Assembly (NCBI GenBank): GCA_044869815.1
Contig: JBIOXS010000023.1
Coordinates: 5,672-69,671, forward strand
Direction of reading: 5' to 3'
DNA from: Candidatus Rokuibacteriota bacterium
GTDB lineage: Bacteria; Methylomirabilota; Methylomirabilia; Rokubacteriales; CSP1-6
Length of the DNA: 64,000 nt
Shown here: positions 11,978-22,054 of the stretch, in pieces
Numbering within the stretch: the stretch's first letter is position 1
How the letters are laid out: every line of letters begins with the position of its first letter
Notes under the pieces: generated by a model
Databases searched by the model: none
What the model was told of the DNA's origin: nothing
What the model saw: the letters and a program-made list of their open reading frames with translations, nothing else
Position numbers and translations under genes: made by a program

Positions 11978-12952
11978 ATGTACCTGGGCTTTTACGGCCT
12001 GCGGGAAGCGCCCTTCGCGCCGACGCCGGACCCGAAGTTCCTGTTCCAGTCGGCCCGGCACCGCGAGGCGTTGGCACAGCTGATCTACGGCGTGCGCGAG
12101 CGCAAGGGCTTCACCGTCCTGACCGGGCAGATCGGGACCGGCAAGACGACCCTGCTCCGCACGCTGCTGGAGCGGCTCAACGCCGACACGCCGGTCGCCT
12201 ACGTCCACAACTCGGCGCTCAACATCGAGGGACTCCTCGAGTACGTCCTCCAGGACTGGGGCGTGAAATCGACGGCGACCAGCCACGCCCAGCGCCTGTT
12301 CGAGCTGAACGAATTCCTCATCGACCAGCATCGCAAGGGCGGCTCGCCCGTGCTCGTCATCGACGAGGCGCAGAACCTGACGGTGGAGACGCTGGAAGCC
12401 GTGCGGATGCTGTCCAACTTCGAGACGACGAGCCAGAAGCTCATGCAGATCCTGCTGGTGGGCCAGCTGGAGCTGCGCGACAAGCTCGATCTGCCCGAGC
12501 TCCGGCAGCTGAAGCAGCGCATCGGCTTGCGCTGCCACATCGCGCCGCTCTCCGCGGAGGAGACGCGGCTCTACATCCGACACCGATTGCGCATCGCCGG
12601 CGCCATCGACGCCGGCACGTTCACCGACGGCGCCATCCAGAAGATCGCCGACTACAGCGGCGGTACGCCGCGCGTGATCAACATCGTGTGCGACCATTGC
12701 TTGCTCTCCGGGTTCGCGGACAGCAAAAAGCGCATCGACGCCGGAACTGTCAGCGAAGCCATCGAGTACCTCGAGGAAGGCGAGCGCAGCGAGTGGAAGC
12801 GGCGGCGCCGCATCACGCTCGTGCCCGGGCGGGGCACCGTCTGGGCCGCGCGCAGCGGTGTGGCCGTGCTCGTGATGGTGCTCATCGCCCTGCTGGCATT
12901 CGCCGCCAATTCACTCGGCTGGATCGGGACCGTTCCCGGCGGCCCGCGATAG
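11978..12952 (+). CDS. ExeA-like AAA ATPase of EPS loci
   Basis: MYLGFYGLREAPFAPTPDP, GQIGTGKTT, VIDEAQNL, LVGQLEL, SGGTPRVIN. Confidence 0.92.
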   Translation: MYLGFYGLREAPFAPTPDPKFLFQSARHREALAQLIYGVRERKGFTVLTGQIGTGKTTLLRTLLERLNADTPVAYVHNSALNIEGLLEYVLQDWGVKSTATSHAQRLFELNEFLIDQHRKGGSPVLVIDEAQNLTVETLEAVRMLSNFETTSQKLMQILLVGQLELRDKLDLPELRQLKQRIGLRCHIAPLSAEETRLYIRHRLRIAGAIDAGTFTDGAIQKIADYSGGTPRVINIVCDHCLLSGFADSKKRIDAGTVSEAIEYLEEGERSEWKRRRRITLVPGRGTVWAARSGVAVLVMVLIALLAFAANSLGWIGTVPGGPR

Positions 12953-12963
12953 GAGGACAGCCC

Positions 12964-14004
12964 GTGAGCAAGTTCTTCAAGGCCCTCGAGCGAGTAGAGC
13001 AGGAGCAGGAGCCGGCGGCGGCCGCCATCGCGTCCACTCCCGCCGCCGAGCCCGCCGCGCCGGCGGCGGTGACGCCCAAGCGCGTGGAGCCGACGGCGGT
13101 GCCGACGCCGAGCCATCCCCAGCCGAAGATCATCAATCCGCCACCACCGGCGCCGGCGGTGAAGCTGGAGACGCCGATGCCGATGCCCGCTCCCACGTAC
13201 GGGGCGCCGGTGGCGACCGACAGTGGCGCCGGCTTCGGCACGCGCGGCTTCGCCTGGCAGATCGAGCCCGACGCCGACGCCGAGCTCGGCCAGGTCGACG
13301 ATCACCTCGTGAGCGTCCTCGAGCCGACGAGTCTGGCCGCCGAGCAGTATCGCGCCGTGCGGCTCGCCATCGAGACGTTCCGCCACGAGCGCGGCACGCG
13401 GACGGTCGCCGTCACCAGTCCCGGTCGAGGCGATGGCCGCACCATCACCGCCATCAACCTGGCCGGCGCCCTGGCTCAGGCGCCGGACGCGCGCGTCGTC
13501 CTGGTCGAGGTGGATCTGCGTCATCCCGGCGTCGCGCGGGCCCTCGGCATGCCCGCGGGACGCGGTCTGTCGAGCTACCTGCTCGACGCCTCCATGGCGC
13601 CGGAGATGGTCATCTCGCGACCGGCCAACGTCGCCTTCGCGGTCGTCACCGCCGGGGCCGCCTCGTCGATGCCGTACGAGCTCCTCAAGTCGCCGCGTCT
13701 GGCCGCGCTGCTGGCGGCGCTCCGCGAGCGCTTCGACTACGTGGTGCTCGACACGCCGCCCGCGCTGCCCTATCCCGACGTCGGCATCCTGCGCGACATC
13801 GTGGACGGCTTCGTCGTCGTCGTGCGCGCCAACCGCACGCCGCGCGAGATGCTGCGCGACTGCACCAACGTCATCGGTCGGCAGAAGGGGCTCGGCCTCA
13901 TCTTCAACGATGACGAGCGGCAGACCGTCCCGAGCTTCAGCGATCACGGCGACGGGTGGCGGCGCCTCGTGCCGAGGCCGCTGGCGAGCCAGCGCGTTGC
14001 CTGA
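12964..14004 (+). CDS. CpsD/CapB-family BY-kinase-like protein
   Basis: GTG with AGGAGG SD. SKFFKALER, AAEQYR, VTSPGRGDGRT, VEVDLRHP, VVLDTPP. Confidence 0.88.
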   Translation: MSKFFKALERVEQEQEPAAAAIASTPAAEPAAPAAVTPKRVEPTAVPTPSHPQPKIINPPPPAPAVKLETPMPMPAPTYGAPVATDSGAGFGTRGFAWQIEPDADAELGQVDDHLVSVLEPTSLAAEQYRAVRLAIETFRHERGTRTVAVTSPGRGDGRTITAINLAGALAQAPDARVVLVEVDLRHPGVARALGMPAGRGLSSYLLDASMAPEMVISRPANVAFAVVTAGAASSMPYELLKSPRLAALLAALRERFDYVVLDTPPALPYPDVGILRDIVDGFVVVVRANRTPREMLRDCTNVIGRQKGLGLIFNDDERQTVPSFSDHGDGWRRLVPRPLASQRVA

Positions 14005-14069
14005 GCTCGATCCGGCCGGCGCCGGGGAGACCGTCCCCGGCGCCGGCGCGTCCTGACGGAGCACGCGGC

Positions 14070-14720
14070 GTGAGCGCGCCGCGGTCATTCGCGGTCGGCA
14101 TCGCCGGCGGCAACGGCAGCGGAAAGTCGGCCCTGGTCGGCGCGCTCACCGCGATCCTCGGCGCCGACCGTGTCGCGACGCTGCGGTACGAGGCCTACTA
14201 CGGCGATCGCGGCGAGCTGCCGGCCGCCCGGCGCGCCGCCCTCAGCTACGACGAGCCGGAAGCGCTCGACACGGAATTGTTCCTCGAGGACCTGGCCGCG
14301 CTGCGCGTGCTCCGGCCCGTCCGCCCTCCGCGCTACTGCTTCAGCACGCACCGGCGCCTGGGCGTCGAGGCGGCCGTCGAGCCGCGCCCGATCCTCCTCG
14401 TCGAAGGCGTCCTGCTGCTCCACGACCCGCGCGTCCGCGCCCTCCTCGATCTGACGATCTTCCTCGAGGTGCCCGATGCCACGCGGCTGTCCCGCCGCAG
14501 CACGGGCGATGTCGGCGAGCACAGCCGCTGGCGGCGCTCCGGACTCTCGGTGTACGACGCGATCGCCGGCGGGGCCCACGCCCGGTACGTCGAGCCGACG
14601 AAGGCGTTCGCCGATCTCGTCCTCCTGAACACGGGTCGCCTCGATCGCGCGGCCGAGATCGCCGCCACCGTGATCCTCGATCGCATCGAGCGCCGCCGCT
14701 CGCGCGCGACGGCGGCGTGA
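14070..14720 (+). CDS. udk: Uridine kinase-like protein
   Basis: VGIAGGNGSGKS, YDEPEALD, PRYCFSTHRR, LLVEGVLL, YVEPTKAFADL. Confidence 0.8.
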   Translation: MSAPRSFAVGIAGGNGSGKSALVGALTAILGADRVATLRYEAYYGDRGELPAARRAALSYDEPEALDTELFLEDLAALRVLRPVRPPRYCFSTHRRLGVEAAVEPRPILLVEGVLLLHDPRVRALLDLTIFLEVPDATRLSRRSTGDVGEHSRWRRSGLSVYDAIAGGAHARYVEPTKAFADLVLLNTGRLDRAAEIAATVILDRIERRRSRATAA

Positions 14721-15847
14721 GTCGCATCGGCCTCCTGTTCGCGCTCACCGCATCCGCACGCGGCCGCGTGGAGGAGGTCGTGCTCGCGCTGCTGCGGCAT
14801 CTCGAGCCGTCACAATTCCGGATCGCCCTCGCCGCGCCGCCGGCGCTCCTCGAGAGCTTCGCGGGCGACCTGCACGGCGTGCCCGTCGAGACGGAAGCCG
14901 TGCAGGCGGACAGCTGGCTGCGGCGTCGCGACGTCGGGCGGCTGGCGGCCTTCGTGGGCCGCGTCCGGCCCCATATCGTCAACACGCACGGCGCCCGCGC
15001 CACCATGGTGGCCGCTCCGCTGGCGAAGTGGCAGGGCGCGAAGGTCGTCGAGACGTACCACGGCGGCGGTGACGGCTCGCGCGGCCGGCTCGTGCCCGGC
15101 CGCATGGTGTCACGATTCGTCGATCGTGCGATCGCGGTGTCCGAGGCCGCGCGCTCGTCGCTCGTCGCGGGCGGGTATCCGGCCGACAAGATCGTGGTCG
15201 TGCCGAACGGTCGCGACCTCTCGGCGTTTCGGCCGGGTGTGGCCCGCGACGCCGTCCGCCGCGAGCTGGGCATCGACCGCGCCGTTCCGCTCGTCGGCGT
15301 CGTCGGCCGGCTCGAATCCCGCATGGGACACGCCGAGCTCTTCGAGGCCTGGCCCTCGATCGTCGCCGAGTTCCCGGCGGCCCGCCTGCTGCTGATCGGC
15401 GACGGCTCGCTGCGGCCGCGGCTCGAGGGGCGCGCGCGGGAGCTCGGAGTGGAGAGACAGGTGATCTTCGCCGGAACTCGGACCGATCTCGCGCGCATGC
15501 TCGACGCCATGGACGTCGTCACGCTGCCGTCGCTTTCCGAGGGAATGGCGATGACCGCCATCGAGGCCTCCGCCATGGGCCGGCCGGTGGTCGCGACCGC
15601 CGTCGACGGCATCCCCGAGGTGATTCGCGAGGCGCGAACGGGACGGCTGGTGCCGCCGGCGGATCCCGGCGCGCTGTCGCGCGCGATTCGAGGCGTGCTG
15701 CGCGATCCGCTCGGCGCCCAGCGGATGGGGCGGGCCGGGCGCGATTTCGTCCGGGATCGCTTCAGCCTCGACCGCCAGGTGTCGAGCACGGCGCGCGTCT
15801 ACCGCGACGTGGCGGGGACGCCGCGCCAGCTGCCGCGCGCCGCCTGA
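14717..15847 (+). CDS. Glycosyltransferase family 4
   Basis: VVPNG, VGRL, LPSLSEGMAMTAIEASAMGRPVVAT..GIPEVI. Confidence 0.92.
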   Translation: MSRIGLLFALTASARGRVEEVVLALLRHLEPSQFRIALAAPPALLESFAGDLHGVPVETEAVQADSWLRRRDVGRLAAFVGRVRPHIVNTHGARATMVAAPLAKWQGAKVVETYHGGGDGSRGRLVPGRMVSRFVDRAIAVSEAARSSLVAGGYPADKIVVVPNGRDLSAFRPGVARDAVRRELGIDRAVPLVGVVGRLESRMGHAELFEAWPSIVAEFPAARLLLIGDGSLRPRLEGRARELGVERQVIFAGTRTDLARMLDAMDVVTLPSLSEGMAMTAIEASAMGRPVVATAVDGIPEVIREARTGRLVPPADPGALSRAIRGVLRDPLGAQRMGRAGRDFVRDRFSLDRQVSSTARVYRDVAGTPRQLPRAA

Positions 15848-15854
15848 CCCCCGA

Positions 15855-16613
15855 TTACTGCGCGGTGGGACGCCGCCGCCGCGCCGCGCGAAAGCCCGGC
15901 GGCAACGGCTCGAGCGGCGGCAGCACGCCGCGCGCGAGCGCGTAACGGATGAGCGCGGTGTGGTTCTTCAGACGCAGCTTGCGCATGACGTTGGCGCGAT
16001 GCGCCTCCGCCGTCCGGACGCTGATGGCAAGTCGACGGGCCACCCGTGTGCTGCTGTAGCCTTCCGCCACCAGCTGCAGCACCTCTCGCTCGCGGCTCGT
16101 GAGCGTCTCGTACGGATCGCCCGCGTGACGGCTTTGAGTGAGCCACGTCTGCACGTCGTCCATGGACAGCGGCGCGCTGAGATACCGCTGCCCCTGGGCC
16201 ACGCTGCGCACGGCGCGGATCAGCTCGCGTGCTTCCGCATGCCGGGCGACGTAGCCGGCGGCGCCATTGCGCAGCGCCTCGGTGACGTACCATTCGTTCA
16301 CGTAGCGTGACAGGACGATCACGGCCGTCTGGGGCGATCGTTGTCGGACCTGGCGCGTCACTTCGAGACCGAACAAGCCCGGGATCGCCACGTCGAGAAT
16401 GACGATGTGCGGTCGCAGCCGCTCGACGAGCGGCACCACGGCCAGGCCATCGTCCACTTCGCCGACTACTTCGAAGTCCCGCTCGGCCTCGAGGAGGCAT
16501 TTGATCGCCTCCCGCACGACGTTCTGGTCGTCGGCCAGGACGATCCGGATCGTGCCGGTCGTCGGACTTCGTCTGTCTTCTCTCGGCTTCTTCACGATTG
16601 CGGTCACGTCCAC
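15855..16613 (-). CDS. NarL/LuxR-family response regulator
   Basis: IVLADD..ILDVAIPG receiver and LTSREREVLQLVAEG HTH. GTG start with GGAGG SD. Confidence 0.9.
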   Translation of the reverse strand: MDVTAIVKKPREDRRSPTTGTIRIVLADDQNVVREAIKCLLEAERDFEVVGEVDDGLAVVPLVERLRPHIVILDVAIPGLFGLEVTRQVRQRSPQTAVIVLSRYVNEWYVTEALRNGAAGYVARHAEARELIRAVRSVAQGQRYLSAPLSMDDVQTWLTQSRHAGDPYETLTSREREVLQLVAEGYSSTRVARRLAISVRTAEAHRANVMRKLRLKNHTALIRYALARGVLPPLEPLPPGFRAARRRRPTAQ

Positions 16614-16797
16614 GTAGCGCCCTCCGACGGCGCCACGCGGCCCCGAGAGAATGCAGCGAGCGCGGGCGGCCCGTCTATTCGTACACGTACCTAGTGCAAG
16701 GTCGGGACCAGGTATCGTTTGACGAACCATTGCGCACAAAGCGGACATTCTTTTCCGGATCGCGCAATCGTACTGTCGATGGCACAGGCACTTACGT

Positions 16798-16814
16798 GTG
16801 GCACGCGCTTCGCA
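16798..16814 (+). promoter_or_regulatory. sigma54 promoter
   Basis: GTGGCACGCGCTTCGCA, 20 nt before the receiver gene start. Confidence 0.55.
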
Positions 16815-16834
16815 GCCCGCTGGACCAGCCGAAC

Positions 16835-17305
16835 ATGGCAAATCCCGGGAAAGCGCGTTCCCGCCGTTCAACGACCGGAGTCGCCGGCAGCGCGGCAGGC
16901 GCCCCCATTCACGTTCTCGTCGTCGAAGATCACGCCGACACGCGCGAGGTGCTCGACACACTGCTGCGAACGGAAGGCTACGACGTCAGCCTCGCCGTCG
17001 ACGGCGTCGAGGCGATCGAGCGCTACCGCCAGCGGCCGGCCGATGTGGTCCTGATCGACGTCTTCATGCCACGCAAGGACGGCATCGAGACGATCCGGGA
17101 GCTGCGTGAGGAGTTCGGTGATCCGCTGTGCATCGCGATGTCGGCGGACGGCGATCCCACGCGCCGCAGCGCGCTCGATCGCGCGCGCGAAGCGGGCGCG
17201 CGCCTGGCCTTGCGCAAGCCGATCGAGCCCTGGGTGTTGCTGCGCACGCTCGAAGGTGCCGTGGCCGGCCACCGCACGATCGATCGTCCGGCTGTCGCCG
17301 GCTGA
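16835..17305 (+). CDS. Stand-alone receiver response regulator
   Basis: VLVVEDH, LIDVFMPRKDG, AMSA, RKP. Confidence 0.88.
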   Translation: MANPGKARSRRSTTGVAGSAAGAPIHVLVVEDHADTREVLDTLLRTEGYDVSLAVDGVEAIERYRQRPADVVLIDVFMPRKDGIETIRELREEFGDPLCIAMSADGDPTRRSALDRAREAGARLALRKPIEPWVLLRTLEGAVAGHRTIDRPAVAG

Positions 17306-17313
17306 GCGCCGCT

Positions 17314-17649
17314 CTAAGGGTCGCTGCGACTCCTCGCTTCCGCCATCTCCACCACCGTGCTGGCGCCGCCCCAGCGTCCGAGACTGTCGACGGCGCGCGC
17401 GGTGATGGCGTGGGGACCGGGTGCGAACCGCTCCGCGGGCAGCTCGTAGGACGCCTCGACGTCGACCCACGTCTCGGCGAGATCGCCATCGACGTACAGG
17501 TAGATGCGTGCGGGCATCCGCGCGCCGGCGACGCGGATGCGGACGGTGGCGTCCTCGGTTTCGATCTGCACCGCGATGCGGCGCGGGCCGCGCGACGCCG
17601 TGCGGCGGGTCGTCGTGTCGCGAGACTCGAGGCGCGTGACGCTGCCCAT
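17314..17649 (-). CDS. Hypothetical Ig-like beta protein
   Basis: LYVDG..GPHAITARAVDSLGRWG resembles a Big/Ig-like fold. Starts immediately after the upstream gene's stop. Confidence 0.6.
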   Translation of the reverse strand: MGSVTRLESRDTTTRRTASRGPRRIAVQIETEDATVRIRVAGARMPARIYLYVDGDLAETWVDVEASYELPAERFAPGPHAITARAVDSLGRWGGASTVVEMAEARSRSDP

Positions 17650-17650
17650 C

Positions 17651-19330
17651 TCAGTTCGCTCCCGCCGCCCCGTCACCGACGACGTAGACGTGGGCGGCGA
17701 ACGGACCGAACGTGTCGCTGAACGAGCGCCCGGACGCCACGAGCGCGCGGTCCTCCGCGTGAACCGTGACCGTACCGGGGGCGGTGCTCCACGTGAAAGT
17801 CGCCGACTGCCGGCTGCCGGAGGCGTTGTAGGCCAGCACGAATCCCTTGCCGTTCACCAATTTCACCCTGGTCTTGATGTTCGAGTTGGAGTTGTCGGAG
17901 AGGGCAGCCGGCGCGTCGTCGGCCAGCAACACCGGCTCCAGCGTGGCGAGCTCGTGGACGACGCGCCTCAGATCGTCCGCGTGCCGCGTCTGATCCGGGC
18001 AGTCGACCGCGCAGCCGCCGCCGACGCTCGCCCACCAGAGGCCGCGGGCGCCCTCCACGATGGCCATGTAGGCATGGCCGCGCATCTCGACGAGCGTGGG
18101 CCAGCGGCCGAGCGATGACAGCGGGGCGAACGGCAGCACGCTGACGATCGGCCGCGCGTCCCTCACGGCCGCGCGCGACACCGCGGTCGCCTCCGCCACC
18201 GCACGGTGGTCGTAGCCCCGTTCGGGTTCGGGGCCGAACATCGCATGCGCGTCGGTGGCCACGATGTCCGCGACCTCGCGCCACCGGCGCAGATCGGTGG
18301 AGGGAGCGTCGACGACGTCGATCTTGAGACCGGCGGCGGCCGTGCCACGCGCGATGCCTGGCTCGTCGCCGCCGAGGAGGAAGCGGGGCACGCCTCTGAT
18401 CTCGACGCGGTTACGGCGATCGAACGACACGTTCATGGACGCGCGCGCCGCGGCCGGCACGCGCGAGACGCGATAGGACGGAGACACATACACCTCGGTC
18501 CCCGAGGCGGCGTCGACCAGCGCAAAGGTCGCAAGGTATGCCGTGCCGAGCCGCATTGCGCGACCGTCCAGCTCGGCGACGAAGGCGTGACGCGCCGGAT
18601 AGGACGCCGTCGTCACGAGGCGCCCCGTCGCTTCGTCACGGAGCGCGCCGCGCACCGTGTAACGGTCGACGTCGCGCGTGGGCGGCGCCACCTGCACGTC
18701 GACCGTCAGCGTGGACGGGCCGTCGTCGAACAACATGCCGCGAAAGTTCGGATAGAGGAGAAACGTCTGCAGCGGTTGCGGCAGCTGCTCCTCGAGCTTC
18801 ACGTCATCGAACCATGCGGTTCCGCCCGTGCCGTCGTCGGCCTCGAGCTTCAGGGTGACGATGGCGGGCTGGCTGACGACGAGATCGCTCAGCTCGTAGC
18901 GGCGCCAGTCGGCGGTGCCACGCTCGATGTCCGCCGAGAACCAGCTATGGACTCCGGGGCGGAGGTCGAACCGGAGACGAAGGCCGCCGGCGAGCCCTTC
19001 GGTCTTGACCCAGGCGGAGAGTCGATAGACGCCCGCGGACAGCTCGATCGTCGCCGTCGCCGTCGGCGCGCCGGGCTCGCGCCGGTAGCTGAAGCTCCCG
19101 CTGTGCGTGGTGCGCCAATCGAGGCTCCAGCCGGGGCCGCCGGACCAGGGCGCGGCGGTGGCCGCCTCGAACCCGCTGTTGGCGAGCAGGTTCGCGCCGG
19201 CGATGATCGCCGGCAGCGCGGTGAGGCCGCCGGCGACGAGCGTCGTCGCCGGCGGCTGCGCGGCGACCGCCGACCCGCTCGCGACGATCGCCACCGCCAA
19301 GACGATTGCACCTCCCAGCCGACGCGCCAT
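17651..19330 (-). CDS. Secreted carbohydrate-binding / glycoside hydrolase-like protein
   Basis: Signal peptide, CBM4/9-like NLLANSGFE...SAWVKT...AWFDDVKL, C-terminal GH-like segment AYMAIVEGARGLWW. Confidence 0.7.
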   Translation of the reverse strand: MARRLGGAIVLAVAIVASGSAVAAQPPATTLVAGGLTALPAIIAGANLLANSGFEAATAAPWSGGPGWSLDWRTTHSGSFSYRREPGAPTATATIELSAGVYRLSAWVKTEGLAGGLRLRFDLRPGVHSWFSADIERGTADWRRYELSDLVVSQPAIVTLKLEADDGTGGTAWFDDVKLEEQLPQPLQTFLLYPNFRGMLFDDGPSTLTVDVQVAPPTRDVDRYTVRGALRDEATGRLVTTASYPARHAFVAELDGRAMRLGTAYLATFALVDAASGTEVYVSPSYRVSRVPAAARASMNVSFDRRNRVEIRGVPRFLLGGDEPGIARGTAAAGLKIDVVDAPSTDLRRWREVADIVATDAHAMFGPEPERGYDHRAVAEATAVSRAAVRDARPIVSVLPFAPLSSLGRWPTLVEMRGHAYMAIVEGARGLWWASVGGGCAVDCPDQTRHADDLRRVVHELATLEPVLLADDAPAALSDNSNSNIKTRVKLVNGKGFVLAYNASGSRQSATFTWSTAPGTVTVHAEDRALVASGRSFSDTFGPFAAHVYVVGDGAAGAN

Positions 19331-19399
19331 CCGGCACCCCCGGTGATCGATGTACTGCTTACATTCCCTGGGAGATGTTTTTCCCAGCGCGCCGTGGGC

Positions 19400-19416
19400 G
19401 GCAAGCGTCACGCCAA
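19400..19416 (-). promoter_or_regulatory. sigma54 promoter
   Basis: Minus strand TTGGCGTGACGCTTGCC upstream of the secreted protein gene. Confidence 0.6.
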
Positions 19417-19578
19417 GGCTGGGCCTCGGCGCAAGTTGGCGAGAGAACGAGCTTGGAAGTTCTACGTTCGATGCCGCGCGGTCGTCACGTGACACCTGAC
19501 GCTCTGGAGCGGACACTGACCGCGCGCGGACGCAAGCTCGAGGCAGGTCTGGTACGGGATTTGCCGCCCGGATGGCTC

Positions 19579-20007
19579 ATGCGGAAGCGAGCCGCAGCGC
19601 TCTCGAGGCAGAACCGACGCCGCGCCGTGGCAGTCGCCATCGCCGCGCTCGCATGGACCACGCCGGCGGCAGCCGAGCACGGCTGGGCACCGGTGCTCGT
19701 GATCGATGCCGACTCGGCGAAGTCGTTGATCGATCGCGGTGAGCGCGTGGAGCCGCTCGACCTCCGTTCGCCGGTCGAGTTTCAGGCCGGCCGCTTACCC
19801 CACGCCCGCTCGCTCCCGCTCGGGGATCTGGCCGACCGCGTCGACGAGGTTCCTCGCAGCGGCGTCGTCGTCCTCTACTGCGGCTGCCCGCGCGACCAGT
19901 TGCTCCGGGCCTATCAGTTCTTGAGAGGCCGCCGCCACACGAACGTCTTCGTGCTCGATGGCGACATCGACGCCTGGCGGGGTCGGGGTTACGCGCTCGA
20001 GCGCTGA
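19579..20007 (+). CDS. Exported rhodanese-domain protein
   Basis: Signal-like N-terminus, LDLRS..F..GRLPHARS, VLYCGC, VLDGDIDAW. Confidence 0.85.
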   Translation: MRKRAAALSRQNRRRAVAVAIAALAWTTPAAAEHGWAPVLVIDADSAKSLIDRGERVEPLDLRSPVEFQAGRLPHARSLPLGDLADRVDEVPRSGVVVLYCGCPRDQLLRAYQFLRGRRHTNVFVLDGDIDAWRGRGYALER

Positions 20008-20022
20008 GCCGTCGGCGCGCGC

Positions 20023-20799
20023 CTACGGCCCCACGCCGGCCAGACGCGCAAGCTCGGCAAAGGATCGCACGACGACGTCGGCGCTGTCGGCGGGCGCTCC
20101 GTCGGGAGCGTAGAGGACCGTCCGCATGCCCAGGGCGCGAGCGCCGGCGACGTCGGACACGGTGCTGTCGCCGACCATGGCCGCCTCGTGAGCAGCGAGG
20201 CCGAGTCGGCGCAGCGCGATCTGGAACAGCGGCGGCTCCGGCTTGCCCACGACGACGGGCGTCACGCCGGCGGCCGTCGTCACCGCCGCCACCAGGGCGC
20301 CGCAGCCGGGCAGGAAAACGCCGTCCTCGAGAGGCAGCCGCGGGTCGACGTTCGGCGTCACGACCGGCGCGCCGGCGGCGGCAGCCCGGCTGGCGGCGGT
20401 GAGCCGCTCGTAGGTCAGATCGAAGTCGTTGCCGACGGCGACCACGCTGGCGTCGCGCCACGCGTGGGTGTCGACGAGCTGATGGCCGGCCGCTTTCACC
20501 ACCGACGCCAGCTCCGGTGCCCCGATGACCAGCACGCGCGACGGCCCGTAGCGCTCGGCGATGACGGTGCCGAGAATCTCGAGCGGCGTCAGCGCGTGCT
20601 GCGCCGGCGTAACGCCGAGCCGGCGCAGCTTGGCCGAGATATCCGCGCCGGTCGCCCGCGAGTTATTCGTCAGGTACGCGACGCCCCGGCCGGCCTCGTG
20701 GAGCCACCGCAGCGTCTGGGCGGCGCCCGGATTGAGCTGCTCGCCCTGCCAGACGCAACCGTCGAGATCGAAGACGAAGCCGGCGAGCGCGGCCAGCAC
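20023..20799 (-). CDS. HAD-IIA (NagD-like) hydrolase
   Basis: FDLDGCVW, LTNNS, GKPEP, MVGDSTVSDV. GTG overlaps the glgA stop. Confidence 0.9.
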   Translation of the reverse strand: MLAALAGFVFDLDGCVWQGEQLNPGAAQTLRWLHEAGRGVAYLTNNSRATGADISAKLRRLGVTPAQHALTPLEILGTVIAERYGPSRVLVIGAPELASVVKAAGHQLVDTHAWRDASVVAVGNDFDLTYERLTAASRAAAAGAPVVTPNVDPRLPLEDGVFLPGCGALVAAVTTAAGVTPVVVGKPEPPLFQIALRRLGLAAHEAAMVGDSTVSDVAGARALGMRTVLYAPDGAPADSADVVVRSFAELARLAGVGP

Positions 20800-21968
20800 T
20801 ACTCGGCGGTGCGCTTGAAGTCGACGATCGCGTCCGCGTAGACCTGCTCGGTGCGCTCGGCCACCGACGCCCAGCTGAACTTCGCCTCCACGCGCGCGCG
20901 GCCGGCCTTCCCCATCCGCCGGCCGAGCTCGGGATTCTTCAGCACCCGGTCGAGGGCCTCGGCCAGGGCGTCGGGCCGGGCGGGCGCCACCAGCAGTCCC
21001 GTCTTGCCGTCCTCGACGACTTCCACGATGCCGCCCACGGCGGAGGCCACCACCGGCGTCTCGCACGCCATCGCCTCCAGGTTGATCAGGCCAAACGGCT
21101 CGTAGACCGACGGACAGCAGAACACCGCCGCGTGGCTGTAGAGCTGGCAGACCACCTCGTGCTTCACCATCTCGTTGATCCAGAGGACGTTCGGCCGGGT
21201 GGCGACGGCCTTGCGCAGACGCTCCTCGATCTCGGGCGTGTCGGGCGCCGACGCGCACAGCACGATCTGCACGCTGGCGGACAGGCGCCCGGCCGCCCCC
21301 AGGAGGTGGAAGATGCCTTTCTGATCCGTGATCCGCCCCACGAACAGCACGTAGGGCGCCTTCACGCCCAGTCGATCGAGATGCTCGCGGCGCTCGGTGT
21401 GGCGGAACTTCTCCGGGTCGATGCCGTTGTGGATCACGACCACGCGCTCGGGATCGCACGCGAAGTGCTCGAGGATGTCGTCACGCATCTTCGCCGAGAC
21501 GGCGATCACACGATCCGCCGCCTCCACCGCCGTCTTCTCGATCCACGTCGACAGCAGGTACCCGCTGCCGAGCTGGTCCGCCTTCCAGGGGCGCAGTGGC
21601 TCCATGCTGTGCAGCGTCACGATGAGCGGGATGCGGTAGAGGGTCCGGATCCAGAGTCCGCCCATGTCGGCGTACCAGGTGTGGGCGTGGACGACGTCGG
21701 CATCGACGGCGTCACGGGCCATGGCGAGGCCGATCGACAACGTCTCGAGCGCCGGCGCAAAGCGCGGTCCGTCGTGGCTCGCCTTCAGGCGGTCCCACGG
21801 CGTGTACCCGCGCACGGTCAGGCCATCATCGGTGGGCGCTCGCTCGCCGAAGCAACGGACCTCGACGGCCATCCGTCGCTTGAGGGCCTGGCTGAGCTGA
21901 TCGACCACGACGCCGGCGCCACCATATATATGAGGCGGGTATTCGCGCGTGAGCAGGAGGGATTTCAT
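20799..21968 (-). CDS. glgA: Glycogen synthase / GlgM-type GT4 glucosyltransferase
   Basis: LLTREYPPHIYGGAGV, HAHTWY, HSMEPLRPWKADQLGSGY, PSVYEPFGLINLEAMAC. Confidence 0.92.
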   Translation of the reverse strand: MKSLLLTREYPPHIYGGAGVVVDQLSQALKRRMAVEVRCFGERAPTDDGLTVRGYTPWDRLKASHDGPRFAPALETLSIGLAMARDAVDADVVHAHTWYADMGGLWIRTLYRIPLIVTLHSMEPLRPWKADQLGSGYLLSTWIEKTAVEAADRVIAVSAKMRDDILEHFACDPERVVVIHNGIDPEKFRHTERREHLDRLGVKAPYVLFVGRITDQKGIFHLLGAAGRLSASVQIVLCASAPDTPEIEERLRKAVATRPNVLWINEMVKHEVVCQLYSHAAVFCCPSVYEPFGLINLEAMACETPVVASAVGGIVEVVEDGKTGLLVAPARPDALAEALDRVLKNPELGRRMGKAGRARVEAKFSWASVAERTEQVYADAIVDFKRTAE

Positions 21969-22054
21969 GGCCACAGGATAACCCAGCCGGCCACGACACC
22001 CCGCGCCCGGCCGCGGTTTTTTGTCGGACGGCGGCCTCCGCGCTATCGTGGGCC

